Origin: Bacillota bacterium
GTDB taxonomy: Bacteria > Bacillota > Clostridia > Acetivibrionales > DSM-1351
NCBI GenBank assembly: GCA_023416275.1
Contig: JAEZIB010000155.1
Coordinates: forward strand, 7,260-71,259
Length of the DNA stretch: 64,000 nucleotides
Direction: 5' to 3'
Shown: one piece after another, positions 1-9,749 of the stretch
Layout of the letters: every line of letters starts with the position of its first letter
Position numbering within the stretch: position 1 is the first letter of the stretch
Made by a program: the position numbers and the translations under genes
The notes under the pieces: model-generated
Databases searched by the model: none
Seen by the model: the letters and a program-made list of their open reading frames with translations, nothing else
Told to the model about the DNA's origin: nothing

Positions 1-163
1 CCTCTCCAATTACCTTATAGTCAATATCTTCAACCTCTTCCGTCTGTTCTTGTTCTAAATTCTTTATTCTAACAACCGGTGGTTGATAAGTTATTGGATT
101 TAAAATTTGAAAAGGCATACCAACACTAACTTGATGATTTTTGAATATTTTGTTATTAGACAA
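1..163 (-). CDS. fliH: flagellar assembly protein FliH, 5' part only (runs off the window start)
   Basis: An open frame continues below fliG. A TTG at 163 overlaps the fliG stop (ATTGTCTAA). The N-terminus reads MSNNKIFKNHQVSVG. Its position after fliE-fliF-fliG matches the usual Firmicute fla/che order, and the identity rests mainly on that order. Confidence 0.45.
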   Translation of the reverse strand, partial: MSNNKIFKNHQVSVGMPFQILNPITYQPPVVRIKNLEQEQTEEVEDIDYKVIGE

Positions 164-1184
164 TTATTTCATCTCCTCCGCCTCTGGAAATAACTATCTC
201 ACCAGCATCTTCCAGTTTACGTATTATGTTAACAATCTTCTGCTGGGCTTCTTCAACATCTTTAAGTCTAACTGGTCCCATAAATTCGAGATCCTCTTTA
301 ATCATTTCACTTAGACGTTTAGACATATTTGAGAAAATAAGCCTCTGAACATCATCCGTTGCACCCTTAAGAGCAACTGCAAGCTGATTATTATCAACTT
401 CTCTAAGAAATCTTTGAATAGATCTTCCGTCAAGAGTAAGAATATCTTCAAATACAAACATACGTCTTTTAATTTCTTCAGCTAAATCAGTATCTTCAAT
501 TTCTAATGTTTCCATAATAAACTTTTCTGTTCCTCTGTCAACGGAGTTAAGGATATCAACAATTGACTGAACTCCTCCAGCAGCAGTATAATCCTCTGTA
601 ACTAATGAAGAAAGCTTCTTTTCCAGAATACGCTCTACTTCTTTTATTACATCTGGTGATGTTCTATCCATAGTTGCTATTCTTCTGGCAACATCAGCTT
701 GCTTATCTTGTGGTAATGCTGAAAGTACTACAGATGCTTGATGCGGTTTTAAATAAGCTAAAATCAAAGCAATTGTTTGTGGATGTTCCCCTTGAATAAA
801 ATTTAACAGCTGTGTGGGGTCTGTTTTACGAACAAAGTCGAAAGGTCTAACTTGTAATGAAACAGTCAGCTTATTTATAATATCAACTGCTTTCTGTGAG
901 CCCAGCGCTTTCTCTAGAATATCCTTTGCGTAGCCAATACCACCTTCAGCAATGTATTCCTGAGCGAGACAGATTTGATAAAATTCATCAAGAACTCTTT
1001 CTTTCTCCTCTGGACTAACTGATCTAATATTAGCTATCTCAAGAGTTAACTGTTCTATTTCCTCTTCTTTTAAATGTTTAAAAATTTCAGCCGACTTATC
1101 AGGACCTAATGAAATAAGCAACATAGCTGCTTTCTCTCTTCCGCTGTATTCAGCCTTTGAACTAGCTCTAGTCAAGCTCTTCAC
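156..1184 (-). CDS. fliG: flagellar motor switch protein FliG
   Basis: 342-aa ORF with FliG-like sequence along its whole length. It sits between fliF and fliH. Confidence 0.95.
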   Translation of the reverse strand: MKSLTRASSKAEYSGREKAAMLLISLGPDKSAEIFKHLKEEEIEQLTLEIANIRSVSPEEKERVLDEFYQICLAQEYIAEGGIGYAKDILEKALGSQKAVDIINKLTVSLQVRPFDFVRKTDPTQLLNFIQGEHPQTIALILAYLKPHQASVVLSALPQDKQADVARRIATMDRTSPDVIKEVERILEKKLSSLVTEDYTAAGGVQSIVDILNSVDRGTEKFIMETLEIEDTDLAEEIKRRMFVFEDILTLDGRSIQRFLREVDNNQLAVALKGATDDVQRLIFSNMSKRLSEMIKEDLEFMGPVRLKDVEEAQQKIVNIIRKLEDAGEIVISRGGGDEIIV

Positions 1185-1236
1185 CCCACAAAAATATTAT
1201 GTCTACTTTTATTATATCAAACTCCACAAACTTAAC

Positions 1237-2823
1237 TTATTCGTAGTCATCAGTTAACCAATTACGCAACAATTGAGCAACAGCATCTGGTTTTTGCTTT
1301 ACAAACTTCTCTAACTGCTTTTTAACTTCTGATCTTTCTTCCGTATCTATTTCAGGAACCGGATCTTGTCTCAAATCATTAATATTGTATTTTGGCGAAA
1401 TCATCTCATCAACACCAGCGAAAACTGGCTCTGGCACTGTTTTTTTGCTTCTCTTCGGAATTGCAATAATAACTAATGCAATAAGCATTAATAGTAACAA
1501 TACTAATAAACCATACTCTGATAATAAGCCTTTTATCATTTCAGCTGTCGTTGGGATTTCTTCGACATTTGGCTGTACCTTTAACTTTGTAACTGCAATA
1601 TTTTCAACAGGTATGCCTGTCGCTTTACTTGCAAGATCCTGTACCTGCGCTATTAACTCATCTGTTAATTTTGCATCATCAGCAACTCTATTTCCATATA
1701 ACAAAGTTACAGCAGCAGTGGTCTTTTCTGGAATAACTTCTCCCAATGATTTTTCACTTTGCTTTTCTAACTGATTATAGGTATAAGTCTCTTTAATATT
1801 TGACTTTTTATAGGATTCAGCATCAGTAGAACCATTCGGATAGGTTGGTGTTGTTCCAGGATTTGCATCCATACCAATTGTTCCCCCCGAGGTCCCATTA
1901 GTGAGTTCCTCTTTGAGCTCATCTTTTGTCAAGACTGCTCCGGAATCCATATCATCTGGGTTTGAAATTTCTTTTGATGATTGAGTTAATGTGTCAAAAT
2001 CGAGTATCGGGTTTACAACAACTCTAGCTGTATCAAAGCTATCAAATTGTTGACCGTTGAGCACATTTCTAAGATTTTTTTCTAGATCTGTTTTTACTTT
2101 TAATTTCATTTCGTATTTTGTAGATGTTTTATCCATAGCATCATCTGCTTCTGAATTTAAAGGATTACCTTCTTCATCTATAACAGTAACGTTTGAAGGA
2201 TCTAGTCCCTCGACACTACTAGCAACGACTTTTACAATACTTTCAGCCTGTTTAGGAGTAATTTCTCCACTACGGGTAATGACTACAGACGCCTTAGCAT
2301 CTTTATTACTGGTAGAATCTATAAACAAAGTATCTTCAGGTACAGATATCGTTACACTTGCATCCTTAACATTTTGAATAAGCTTAAGCTGTCTGGCAAT
2401 ATCTGATTCATCAAGTTCTTGCCATATGTGCTTCTTATCACTCTCAGTTGTATTTATTTTTATGTTACCAAGAGCATCCGCAAATGTTAACCCGTTTTTG
2501 GGGTAACCAGCAGTAGCCAATTCTAAGTGAGCATTATCGCTGTCTTTTACATCAACAACTATACCCGTTTTATTGTCAGTCAACTTGTATGCAATTCCTT
2601 TTTCGTTCAGTATCTTCTGCATTTCAGCAACATCTGTCGAATTGGCATTTTCTATTACTGTAGTATATGTTGGTCTTGTTAGCATATATAAACCCAAACC
2701 AACAGCAACTGTAACAATACCCACCGTTATATATATTCTGACTTTTTGAGATTTCTCCAAACCCTTCCAAAAGTCAATTATCGGTTTAAGTATATTAGAT
2801 AAGAATTCTGGCAAAACTACCAC
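1237..2823 (-). CDS. fliF: flagellar M-ring protein FliF
   Basis: 528-aa ORF with N- and C-terminal TM segments around a large periplasmic part. It lies between fliE and fliG. Confidence 0.93.
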   Translation of the reverse strand: MVVLPEFLSNILKPIIDFWKGLEKSQKVRIYITVGIVTVAVGLGLYMLTRPTYTTVIENANSTDVAEMQKILNEKGIAYKLTDNKTGIVVDVKDSDNAHLELATAGYPKNGLTFADALGNIKINTTESDKKHIWQELDESDIARQLKLIQNVKDASVTISVPEDTLFIDSTSNKDAKASVVITRSGEITPKQAESIVKVVASSVEGLDPSNVTVIDEEGNPLNSEADDAMDKTSTKYEMKLKVKTDLEKNLRNVLNGQQFDSFDTARVVVNPILDFDTLTQSSKEISNPDDMDSGAVLTKDELKEELTNGTSGGTIGMDANPGTTPTYPNGSTDAESYKKSNIKETYTYNQLEKQSEKSLGEVIPEKTTAAVTLLYGNRVADDAKLTDELIAQVQDLASKATGIPVENIAVTKLKVQPNVEEIPTTAEMIKGLLSEYGLLVLLLLMLIALVIIAIPKRSKKTVPEPVFAGVDEMISPKYNINDLRQDPVPEIDTEERSEVKKQLEKFVKQKPDAVAQLLRNWLTDDYE

Positions 2824-2920
2824 CCCAATATTGTATTAATTTATCTTTAGTACAGTATTTAACCCCTTTGTCAATCATAACACTGTATTAAATAGTCAAT
2901 TGCAAAAGCTCTGCTTTTTG

Positions 2921-3229
2921 CTATATCTGCATTCTCATAATTTCTGTATATGCATCCACTATTTTATTTCGTATTGACATAGTGAATTGCAAAGCTATAC
3001 TTGCTTTCTCACCAGCAATTAATACCTCTGGAATATTATCTGTTTTTCCTAATGCAAAATCTTCTTTCAATTGAGCTGACTGATTTTCCATGTCAGTAAC
3101 CTTCATAAGAGCTGAGTTTAAATATTCACCAAAGCTAACCTCAGTCGAATTAGCCTTGTTAACATCACTACCTATTCCAATGTTGTCTGGTATTAACTGT
3201 TTTATCTGTGAAACGCCATCAATTGCCAT
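2921..3229 (-). CDS. fliE: flagellar hook-basal body complex protein FliE
   Basis: Start moved to MAIDGV (ATG at 3229, preceded by GGGAGGG). The extra codons MCLNGAWEGI in the track ORF are read-through of a repeated leader module. The FliE-type C-terminus LQFTMSIRNKIVDAYTEIMRMQI is present. Confidence 0.85.
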   Translation of the reverse strand: MAIDGVSQIKQLIPDNIGIGSDVNKANSTEVSFGEYLNSALMKVTDMENQSAQLKEDFALGKTDNIPEVLIAGEKASIALQFTMSIRNKIVDAYTEIMRMQI

Positions 3230-3323
3230 AATACCCTCCCACGCCCCATTTAGGCACAAAAATGATGAAACTATAAGTGCAGAGCCTGTGCTTCGCTGAG
3301 CTTAAACCACTCTCTTTCAAGCT
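3230..3323 (-). repeat. family-A intercistronic repeat: hairpin+SD module (3230-3263) plus a degenerate palindromic unit (3301-3323)
   Basis: The coding-strand sequence TTTTTGTGCCTAAATGGGGCGTGGGAGGGTATT-ATG is near-identical to the leaders of trmFO, dprA, trkA and a DJ-1 gene. Upstream of it lies a GCTTGAAA...TTTAAGC hairpin. Confidence 0.7.
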
Positions 3324-3390
3324 AACCCAATATCCTCTATATGCAATATTAGCTTCATTAATAAGGGCTAAGTATAACAAATTCTAATAT

Positions 3391-3828
3391 TTACTTACCT
3401 ATTTCTAATGCTTTCATTGCCATAGATTTTGTAGCATTTATTGAAGTAACATTAGCTTCGTATGATCTTGTTGCTGATATCATATTCACCATTTCTGTAA
3501 CAACATCTACATTTGGCATATTTACATAACCATCTTCATCAGCGTCAGGATGACCAGGATCATATACCTTTTTAAATTCTGAAGTATCCTCGACAATTTT
3601 TGTTACTCGGACACCTTGGCCATTTGACAATTTGTCACTGGCAGTCGCCAATACATCAGAAAATGAACCTGCACGCTCCTCAAATAATACATCTTTTCTT
3701 CTATAAGGAGTCCCATCCTCTGTTCTAGTTGTGTTTACATTTGCAATGTTTTGAGAAATAATATCCATTCTAACTCTTTGGGCAGTTAATCCTGAAGCCC
3801 CGATATCAAGTGAACCAAAGAAACCCAT
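3391..3828 (-). CDS. flgC: flagellar basal-body rod protein FlgC
   Basis: 145 aa with the rod-protein N-terminal motif SGLTAQRVRMDIISQNIANVNTT. Follows flgB. Confidence 0.93.
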   Translation of the reverse strand: MGFFGSLDIGASGLTAQRVRMDIISQNIANVNTTRTEDGTPYRRKDVLFEERAGSFSDVLATASDKLSNGQGVRVTKIVEDTSEFKKVYDPGHPDADEDGYVNMPNVDVVTEMVNMISATRSYEANVTSINATKSMAMKALEIGK

Positions 3829-3834
3829 TATTTA

Positions 3835-4212
3835 TCATTTCCCTTCTCTAATAACATTTTTTATTTTACTGAAGTTACTATTTATTAGCTGTACCAAAGC
3901 ATTATATTTTATTGTGTTTTTCGCTAAATAAGACATTTCACTGTCAATATCAACATTGTTTCCATCAATACGCATTTTGTTATCTGAGTTGTCCTCTATA
4001 ATAGTAGGCTGAATATCATCCTCACTATTCATATTAGCTCTATTTAACGAATCAGCAAAATATTGTTCAAATGCAACATCTTTTCTCTTATAGTTCGGAG
4101 TGTCTACATTTGCTATGTTCTGTGAAATAGTATCATTTCTAGCTAGAGATGCATTAAGTGCCTTCTCCATTATATTACTCTTTCCATATAACCCCTGAAT
4201 CAAATCAATCAC
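3835..4212 (-). CDS. flgB: flagellar basal-body rod protein FlgB
   Basis: 125 aa with the motif ISQNIANVDTPNYKRKDV. The GTG at 4212 abuts AGGAGC, so the true start may be the TTG 9 nt downstream. Confidence 0.88.
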   Translation of the reverse strand: MIDLIQGLYGKSNIMEKALNASLARNDTISQNIANVDTPNYKRKDVAFEQYFADSLNRANMNSEDDIQPTIIEDNSDNKMRIDGNNVDIDSEMSYLAKNTIKYNALVQLINSNFSKIKNVIREGK

Positions 4213-4326
4213 GCTCCTACAAGATGTAAATGTGCAAACACATATTATTAGATAAATTTTAGCATACTAAAAATAAAAAAACAACAAATTAAGTTGATAA
4301 TAGGCGATAATAGGACTAATTACTCA

Positions 4327-5640
4327 CTATTTTTCATAATAATTGTAAATTTGTTCCACTAGTTCTAGAGATTTTTGTGCTATTTGAGAATTTCTTTTCC
4401 TTTTATCTCTAATACTGGTATCAGCGCCAATGAATAAACCAAAATTAACATTCATAGGTTGGAAATTTTTCACGCTGGAATCAGAAATATAATGGCTTAA
4501 AGCGCCAATAGAAGTATTAGCTGGAAAAACCAGATTTCCCTTATTAAGGCATTTGGAGCAAGCATTTATTCCTGCAACAAAACCTGAAGCTGTTGATTCG
4601 ATATAACCTTCTACTCCTGTAATTTGACCAGCAAAATAAATAGAATCACTGTTTATCAATTTATATGTGTTATCTAATAGTTTGGGTGAATTTATATAAG
4701 TATTTCTATGCATAACGCCATATCTTACAAATTCAGCATTTTCCAAACCTGGAATTAGACTAAAAACTCTTTTTTGCTCTGGCCATTTCAAATGAGTTTG
4801 AAATCCTACTATATTATATAGTGTAGCATTTTTATTATCCTGTCTAAGTTGTACTACTGCATAAGGCTTTACATCTGATCTAGGATCCATCAATCCTACA
4901 GGCTTTAGTGGACCATACCTCATAGTATCTTTTCCTCTACTTGCCATGCTTTCTATAGGCATGCAGCCCTCAAAAACCATATTCTTTTCAAACTCCTTTA
5001 CCTCTGCCAACTCAGCATTAATTAAGGCATTATAGAATATTTCATACTCTTCTCTGTTCATAGGACAATTAATGTAATCCTCTGATCCTTTTCCATATCT
5101 AGCTGCCTTGAAAGCCTTATCCATATTAATAGAATCAAACGCAACAATTGGAGCAGCCGCATCAAAAAAGTGAAGATAGTCTTCTCCAATAAGCTGCCTT
5201 ATATGATTAAACATAGCTTCAGAAGTTAATGGCCCTGTAGCAATTATAGTAATATTATCATCCGGTAATCTCTCTTGTTCTCCATAAATAATTTCTATAT
5301 TCTCTATATTTTTTATAGTATTAGTAATATATTCTGAGAAGCCTTCTCTATCAACTGCTAATGCCCCGCCTGCCGGAACCCTTGTTGCATCTGCTGCCTT
5401 TAATATTAAAGAATCCATTAATCGCAGCTCTTCTTTTAATAGACCTACTGCATTTTCTAATTGATCTGATCTTAGTGAATTGCTGCAAACCAACTCTGCA
5501 AAATTTTCAGAATGATGTGCAGGGGAATATTTATGAGGCTTCATTTCAAATAACTTAACATTTATTCCTCTTTTGGCAATTTGATACGCTGCCTCACATC
5601 CTGCTAGTCCTGCTCCAATTACATTTATTGTTTTACTCAT
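4327..5640 (-). CDS. trmFO: methylenetetrahydrofolate--tRNA-(uracil-5-)-methyltransferase TrmFO (Gid)
   Basis: FAD dinucleotide fold INVIGAGLAGCEAAYQ and full-length TrmFO-like sequence. Start moved to MSKTINV (ATG 5640), because the 10 upstream codons (MCLNRTWEVC) are the repeated leader module. Confidence 0.93.
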   Translation of the reverse strand: MSKTINVIGAGLAGCEAAYQIAKRGINVKLFEMKPHKYSPAHHSENFAELVCSNSLRSDQLENAVGLLKEELRLMDSLILKAADATRVPAGGALAVDREGFSEYITNTIKNIENIEIIYGEQERLPDDNITIIATGPLTSEAMFNHIRQLIGEDYLHFFDAAAPIVAFDSINMDKAFKAARYGKGSEDYINCPMNREEYEIFYNALINAELAEVKEFEKNMVFEGCMPIESMASRGKDTMRYGPLKPVGLMDPRSDVKPYAVVQLRQDNKNATLYNIVGFQTHLKWPEQKRVFSLIPGLENAEFVRYGVMHRNTYINSPKLLDNTYKLINSDSIYFAGQITGVEGYIESTASGFVAGINACSKCLNKGNLVFPANTSIGALSHYISDSSVKNFQPMNVNFGLFIGADTSIRDKRKRNSQIAQKSLELVEQIYNYYEK

Positions 5641-5675
5641 GCAAACCTCCCACGTCCTATTTAGGCACAAAAATT
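5641..5675 (-). repeat. family-A hairpin+SD leader module
   Basis: Coding strand reads TTTTTGTGCCTAAATAGGACGTGGGAGGTTTGC-ATG, the same module as upstream of fliE. Confidence 0.7.
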
Positions 5676-5899
5676 TGTTAAAGACTTTATTGAAGAACCT
5701 ATGTGTTTTTTCCCATCAAATTGTAAGCTGTAAAGAAAGCTTATACAACAAAGGTCTTCTTTATTAATAATTTTATCTTAAATACACTTGCTGAATTTTT
5801 TAAAAGAATACAACTTTCGCAGGGTAAAAAACCATCTATAATTCTCCTGTACCGTAGAATTTTTATGTGCGATGGTTGATTAAGAAGTATTAGAGTTTT

Positions 5900-5940
5900 A
5901 ACAAAAGTAAACCGAAAGCCTATTGTGCACTTCCGGTTTT
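5900..5940 (-). terminator. putative intrinsic terminator after topA
   Basis: AAACCGGAAG..CTTTCGGTTT stem (one mismatch) followed by TTTACTTTTGT on the minus strand, about 95 nt after the topA stop. Confidence 0.4.
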
Positions 5941-6032
5941 AATCTTATCTATTTCAATTACTTCACCTATTTTGCTCCCATTTTCTAATGCTTTGCCCAT
6001 TACTGAATATTCCTATTTAATTTATTATATAC

Positions 6033-8417
6033 TTATGCCTTTTTACTAGTTGTAGTTTTCTTTTTAACTGTTGATTTCTTCTTTGCTGCAGTTTCTTTTT
6101 TATCTGCTGTTTTCTTCTTTGCTGTAGTTTCTTTTTTATCTACTGTTTTCTTATTTGCTGTAGCTTCCTTTTTTACTGCAGTTTTCTTTTTTACTGTAGT
6201 TTCATTTTTATCTGCTGTTTTCTTCTTTGCTGCAGCTTCTTTTTTTACTGCAGTTTTATTCTTGACTGAAGAGTCCTTTTTTGCAGCGGCTTTCCTCTTT
6301 GTTGCAGCTTCTTTCTCTGATGCTGCTTCCTTCTTTATTGCAGAATCGGCATTAGTACTGCAGTTCTCATTACTGCAATATAATGTTATTTTTTTACCTG
6401 AAGATTTTTGAAGCATAAAAGCTCCACAGGTGGAGCAAATTTCATTACTAGGCATATCCCAACTCATAAACGTACATTCTGGATTTTTCTCACAACCTAT
6501 ATACTTTCTGCCTTTTCTTGTCTTTTTTATTAGCACCTTTCCCTGGCATAAAGGGCATAGCACACCCGCATCCTCAACAATGGCTTTTGTGTTTCTGCAC
6601 TCCGGAAATCCTGGACAAGCCAAAAATTTGCCGAATCTTCCCTGTTTGACAACCATTAATCTACCACATTTTTCACACGGTATGTCAGAAACCTCTACAG
6701 GTAGTTCTACATTTCCAATGCTTTCCTCAGCTTCATTTAACACTGTCTTAAAAGGACTATAAAACTCTTCTAATACTTCCTTCCATGCCTTTTCTCCCTC
6801 TGCAACAGCATCAAGCTTATCCTCCATCTGTGCAGTAAATTCTGCATTAACAATGTCTTTAAAATGTTTTACCATTATTTCATTGACTATCTTACCTAAT
6901 TCAGTAGGTATCAAGCATTTTTTATCTTTAATTACATATCCCCTTGATAAAATAGTAGATATTGTTGGTGCATAAGTACTAGGTCTACCAATACCTCTCT
7001 CTTCAAGTGATTTTACTAATGTTGCCTCTGTATACCGAGGAGGCGGTTGAGTAAAATGCTGTTTTGGCAAGTTGCCTTTCAATATTAGTTCATCACCTTC
7101 AAATAACGGAGGAAGATTATTAGCTTCATCATCTGACTCTTCATCCTTACCCTCTATATATAAAACCATAAATCCTGGAAATTTAATCTTTGAACCACTG
7201 GCTTTGAATAAATAATCTCCAACAGAAATATCTGCATTAACAGTATCATAAACTGCTGATGACATTTGGCTGGCAATAAACCTGCTCCAAATAAGCTTGT
7301 AAACTTTATATTGTTCAGATGTTAATGAATCCTTAATATCATCTGGAGCCAAATCTACATAAGATGGACGTATAGCTTCATGTGCATCCTGCGATGCCGA
7401 TTTGTTTTTGTAAACCTTAGGAACCTCTGGAATATATTCTTTTCCGTATTTTGTGTTTATATAATTTCTAGCTTCATTTTGAGCTTCCTCAGATATTCTA
7501 GTTGAATCAGTTCTCATATATGTTATAAGTCCAACTGAACCACGACCTTTTATATCAACACCTTCATACAGACGTTGTGCAACCATCATTGTTTTCTTGG
7601 TAGTAAATCCCAATTTTCTTGACGCTTCTTGTTGCAAGGTACTAGTGATAAAAGGTGCTGCTGCTGCTCTTTTCTTTTCCTGCTCCTTGACCTTTTGCAC
7701 TATATATTTGCTTTTGGCTATTTCGTCTAAAATAGCATTAACCTGTTCACCATTTGTCAGTTCAATTTTCTCTTTTTTGGTTCCATAAAACTTAGCCTCA
7801 AAAGCGGGACTTGTTTTCGGTTTTTCCAAATTAGAAACTATTGACCAATATTCCTCGGGTGTAAATTCCTCTATTTCTTTCTCTCTATCACAAATCATTT
7901 TTGTTGCAACAGATTGAACCCTGCCGGCACTCAGCCCCTTTTTCACTTTTTTCCAAAGCAAAGGACTTATTTTATAGCCTACTATCCTATCTAAGACTCT
8001 CCTTGCCTGCTGTGCATCAACAAGATTTGTATCTATTTCTCTTGGCTGCTTTAATGCATTTTTTACAGCATTTTGAGTTATTTCATTAAATGAAACCCTA
8101 CATTTCTGTCCTTCATCTATATTTAAAATATGGGCTAAATGCCAAGATATTGCCTCTCCCTCTCGGTCAGGGTCAGTTGCAAGATAAATTTTCTTTGCAG
8201 ACTTTGCTTCCTTCTTAAGTTTTGAAATAACATCACCTTTTCCCCGAATAGTGATGTATTTAGGCTCAAAATTATTTTCAATATCCACACCAATCTGACT
8301 TTTAGGTAAATCTCTAATATGTCCGATAGACGCTTCAACCTTATAACCCTTGCCTAAAAACTTTCCAATTGATTTTACTTTTCCAGGAGACTCCACAATA
8401 ACCAGGTTATCAGCCAT
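6033..8417 (-). CDS. topA: DNA topoisomerase I with a Lys-rich repetitive C-terminal tail
   Basis: TOPRIM N-terminus LVIVESPGKVKSI, a type IA core and Cys4 zinc ribbons (CEKCGR..C..C, CPLCQG..C..C, CSTCGA..C..C). These are followed by about 110 aa of KK(E/K)(A/T)A-type repeats. Confidence 0.95.
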   Translation of the reverse strand: MADNLVIVESPGKVKSIGKFLGKGYKVEASIGHIRDLPKSQIGVDIENNFEPKYITIRGKGDVISKLKKEAKSAKKIYLATDPDREGEAISWHLAHILNIDEGQKCRVSFNEITQNAVKNALKQPREIDTNLVDAQQARRVLDRIVGYKISPLLWKKVKKGLSAGRVQSVATKMICDREKEIEEFTPEEYWSIVSNLEKPKTSPAFEAKFYGTKKEKIELTNGEQVNAILDEIAKSKYIVQKVKEQEKKRAAAAPFITSTLQQEASRKLGFTTKKTMMVAQRLYEGVDIKGRGSVGLITYMRTDSTRISEEAQNEARNYINTKYGKEYIPEVPKVYKNKSASQDAHEAIRPSYVDLAPDDIKDSLTSEQYKVYKLIWSRFIASQMSSAVYDTVNADISVGDYLFKASGSKIKFPGFMVLYIEGKDEESDDEANNLPPLFEGDELILKGNLPKQHFTQPPPRYTEATLVKSLEERGIGRPSTYAPTISTILSRGYVIKDKKCLIPTELGKIVNEIMVKHFKDIVNAEFTAQMEDKLDAVAEGEKAWKEVLEEFYSPFKTVLNEAEESIGNVELPVEVSDIPCEKCGRLMVVKQGRFGKFLACPGFPECRNTKAIVEDAGVLCPLCQGKVLIKKTRKGRKYIGCEKNPECTFMSWDMPSNEICSTCGAFMLQKSSGKKITLYCSNENCSTNADSAIKKEAASEKEAATKRKAAAKKDSSVKNKTAVKKEAAAKKKTADKNETTVKKKTAVKKEATANKKTVDKKETTAKKKTADKKETAAKKKSTVKKKTTTSKKA

Positions 8418-8716
8418 TTTTTTCCTCCGTGTATAAATTCTTATATTAATTTATTAAAAAATATTAATCAAAATATTTATTAAATACTTATTTATTAATT
8501 TTGTTAAACAACTACTAATTTAAACTGGATTTTATAATCTGTCAACCTTACATTAATAATTCTATATAAAATATAGTAAATTATTCTGTATTTTTACTTT
8601 TTTGGTTATAGTATCAAATTGATAATACACTACCATTAATCGTATACTAGCCTTACTATATTTATACTTCATTTTTAAATTTTTTAAGAATTCATCCTAA
8701 AGTAATTGTATTTTTT

Positions 8717-9697
8717 CTAAACAAGTTTGTAGCATAATCTCTCTAGATAACCATTTCTTTGCCAATCATCTATTAATCTTTGTCCTAACAACATTAATTC
8801 CTGTATATTTTTATCACTAGCATCATCAATTGCGTCCTTTCCCAGTTGTTCAAGACTGGTTTGTATACGGTAATAATTATTCCGTTTTAATAAATGTCTC
8901 AATTGATAATCAACGGTATCACTCTCTCCATCAAATATAGTATCCAAAATTGGTTTAGCCCACTTTGCTAAACCCCAGTCTTTTGCTTTATCATATGGTA
9001 TACTTTTAGACATCTCTCCAGTGCCTAAAGACACCATCATAATATCATCTATGTCTTTATATATTACTTTAGCATCTGCAAATGCGCACATAGCAGGGTT
9101 ATTTGCAAATACTCCACCGTCAATCAAGCTATAATACCCTTCGTTATCATTATCGATTTCTAACTTAAAAGGCTCAAAGTATGTGGGCGCTGCAGAAGTA
9201 GCTCTTGCAACTTGCCACATATAAAAATCATGATTTCTCTCATTTTTGTTTTGCGCATGCCAACTCTTAAAAAAGAATGGTCTTCTAAGTCCTAATTCAT
9301 AGGAAGGTATCAAAACATGAGTTAAACAATCTGATAGTCTCGAAGTACCTAAATACTTATTTAAAAGAGACTCTATACCTTTAGAACTGTACTTTTCATC
9401 AAATAAGCCATTAAAGGAAGTTATCCTGTGTAATATATCTGACGAAAAAATTTTTTTGCCATTTTCTATATACATATTTACAATATCTTGTGCGCTATAT
9501 GCAGGAATATCTTGATTATTATTTGATGGCTTAGTTAGAAAAAGAGCTATTATGCCACCTGTTGAAGTACCAGAAATAACATCAAATAATTTGCATGTAG
9601 GTTTTGATGTCATTTCCTCTATTTTAGCTAGTACCATTGCAGGAATTATTCCTCTGATTCCTCCGCCATCAATTGATAAAATTTTCACTTTATTCAC
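8717..9697 (-). CDS. patatin-like phospholipase
   Basis: GGGIRG oxyanion motif, GTSTGG nucleophile elbow and DGG catalytic-Asp motif, 326 aa. AT-rich spacers of 299 and 355 bp flank it. Confidence 0.85.
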   Translation of the reverse strand: MNKVKILSIDGGGIRGIIPAMVLAKIEEMTSKPTCKLFDVISGTSTGGIIALFLTKPSNNNQDIPAYSAQDIVNMYIENGKKIFSSDILHRITSFNGLFDEKYSSKGIESLLNKYLGTSRLSDCLTHVLIPSYELGLRRPFFFKSWHAQNKNERNHDFYMWQVARATSAAPTYFEPFKLEIDNDNEGYYSLIDGGVFANNPAMCAFADAKVIYKDIDDIMMVSLGTGEMSKSIPYDKAKDWGLAKWAKPILDTIFDGESDTVDYQLRHLLKRNNYYRIQTSLEQLGKDAIDDASDKNIQELMLLGQRLIDDWQRNGYLERLCYKLV

Positions 9698-9721
9698 ATT
9701 GTACCTCTTAAAAAGATAATT

Positions 9722-9749
9722 TTGTCATTAATTTTACCATTAATGACAA
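9722..9749. promoter_or_regulatory. perfect 11-bp inverted repeat (operator or 5'-UTR hairpin candidate) just upstream of the patatin gene
   Basis: TTGTCATTAAT-tttacc-ATTAATGACAA, ending 25 nt upstream of the ATG at 9697. Confidence 0.35.

Noticed and set aside
1385-2377. Plus-strand ORFs inside fliF (1385..1774, 2057..2377), with similar antisense ORFs inside other genes. These are topA (6430..6762, 7597..7788, 7901..8089), comM (12241..12654), nrdR (14070..14477), ftsZ (18494..18754) and aroF (26156..26503, 26356..26586). Also polA (29115..29522, 29167..29463, 30745..31062), trkA (37831..38232), the CaCA gene (41274..41555, 41718..42110), phoU/phoP (56772..57047, 57439..57753) and lacI (63232..63663).
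   Set aside because: They are shadow ORFs on the strand opposite well-supported genes. Their composition is low-complexity and Ser/Ile/Phe-rich, and they lack SD sequences.
3230-3259. N-terminal extensions MCLNGAWEGI (fliE) and MCLNRTWEVC (trmFO, 5641-5670) that look like a conserved peptide.
   Set aside because: They are the translation of the shared hairpin+SD RNA module. The real starts are the ATGs with proper SD spacing at 3229 and 5640.
8717-9697. The patatin gene as part of a CBASS-type (cyclase + CapV) defence operon.
   Set aside because: No CD-NTase, E1/E2/JAB, sensor or any other partner gene is adjacent. The neighbours are dprA and topA. It is kept only as a single-gene curiosity.
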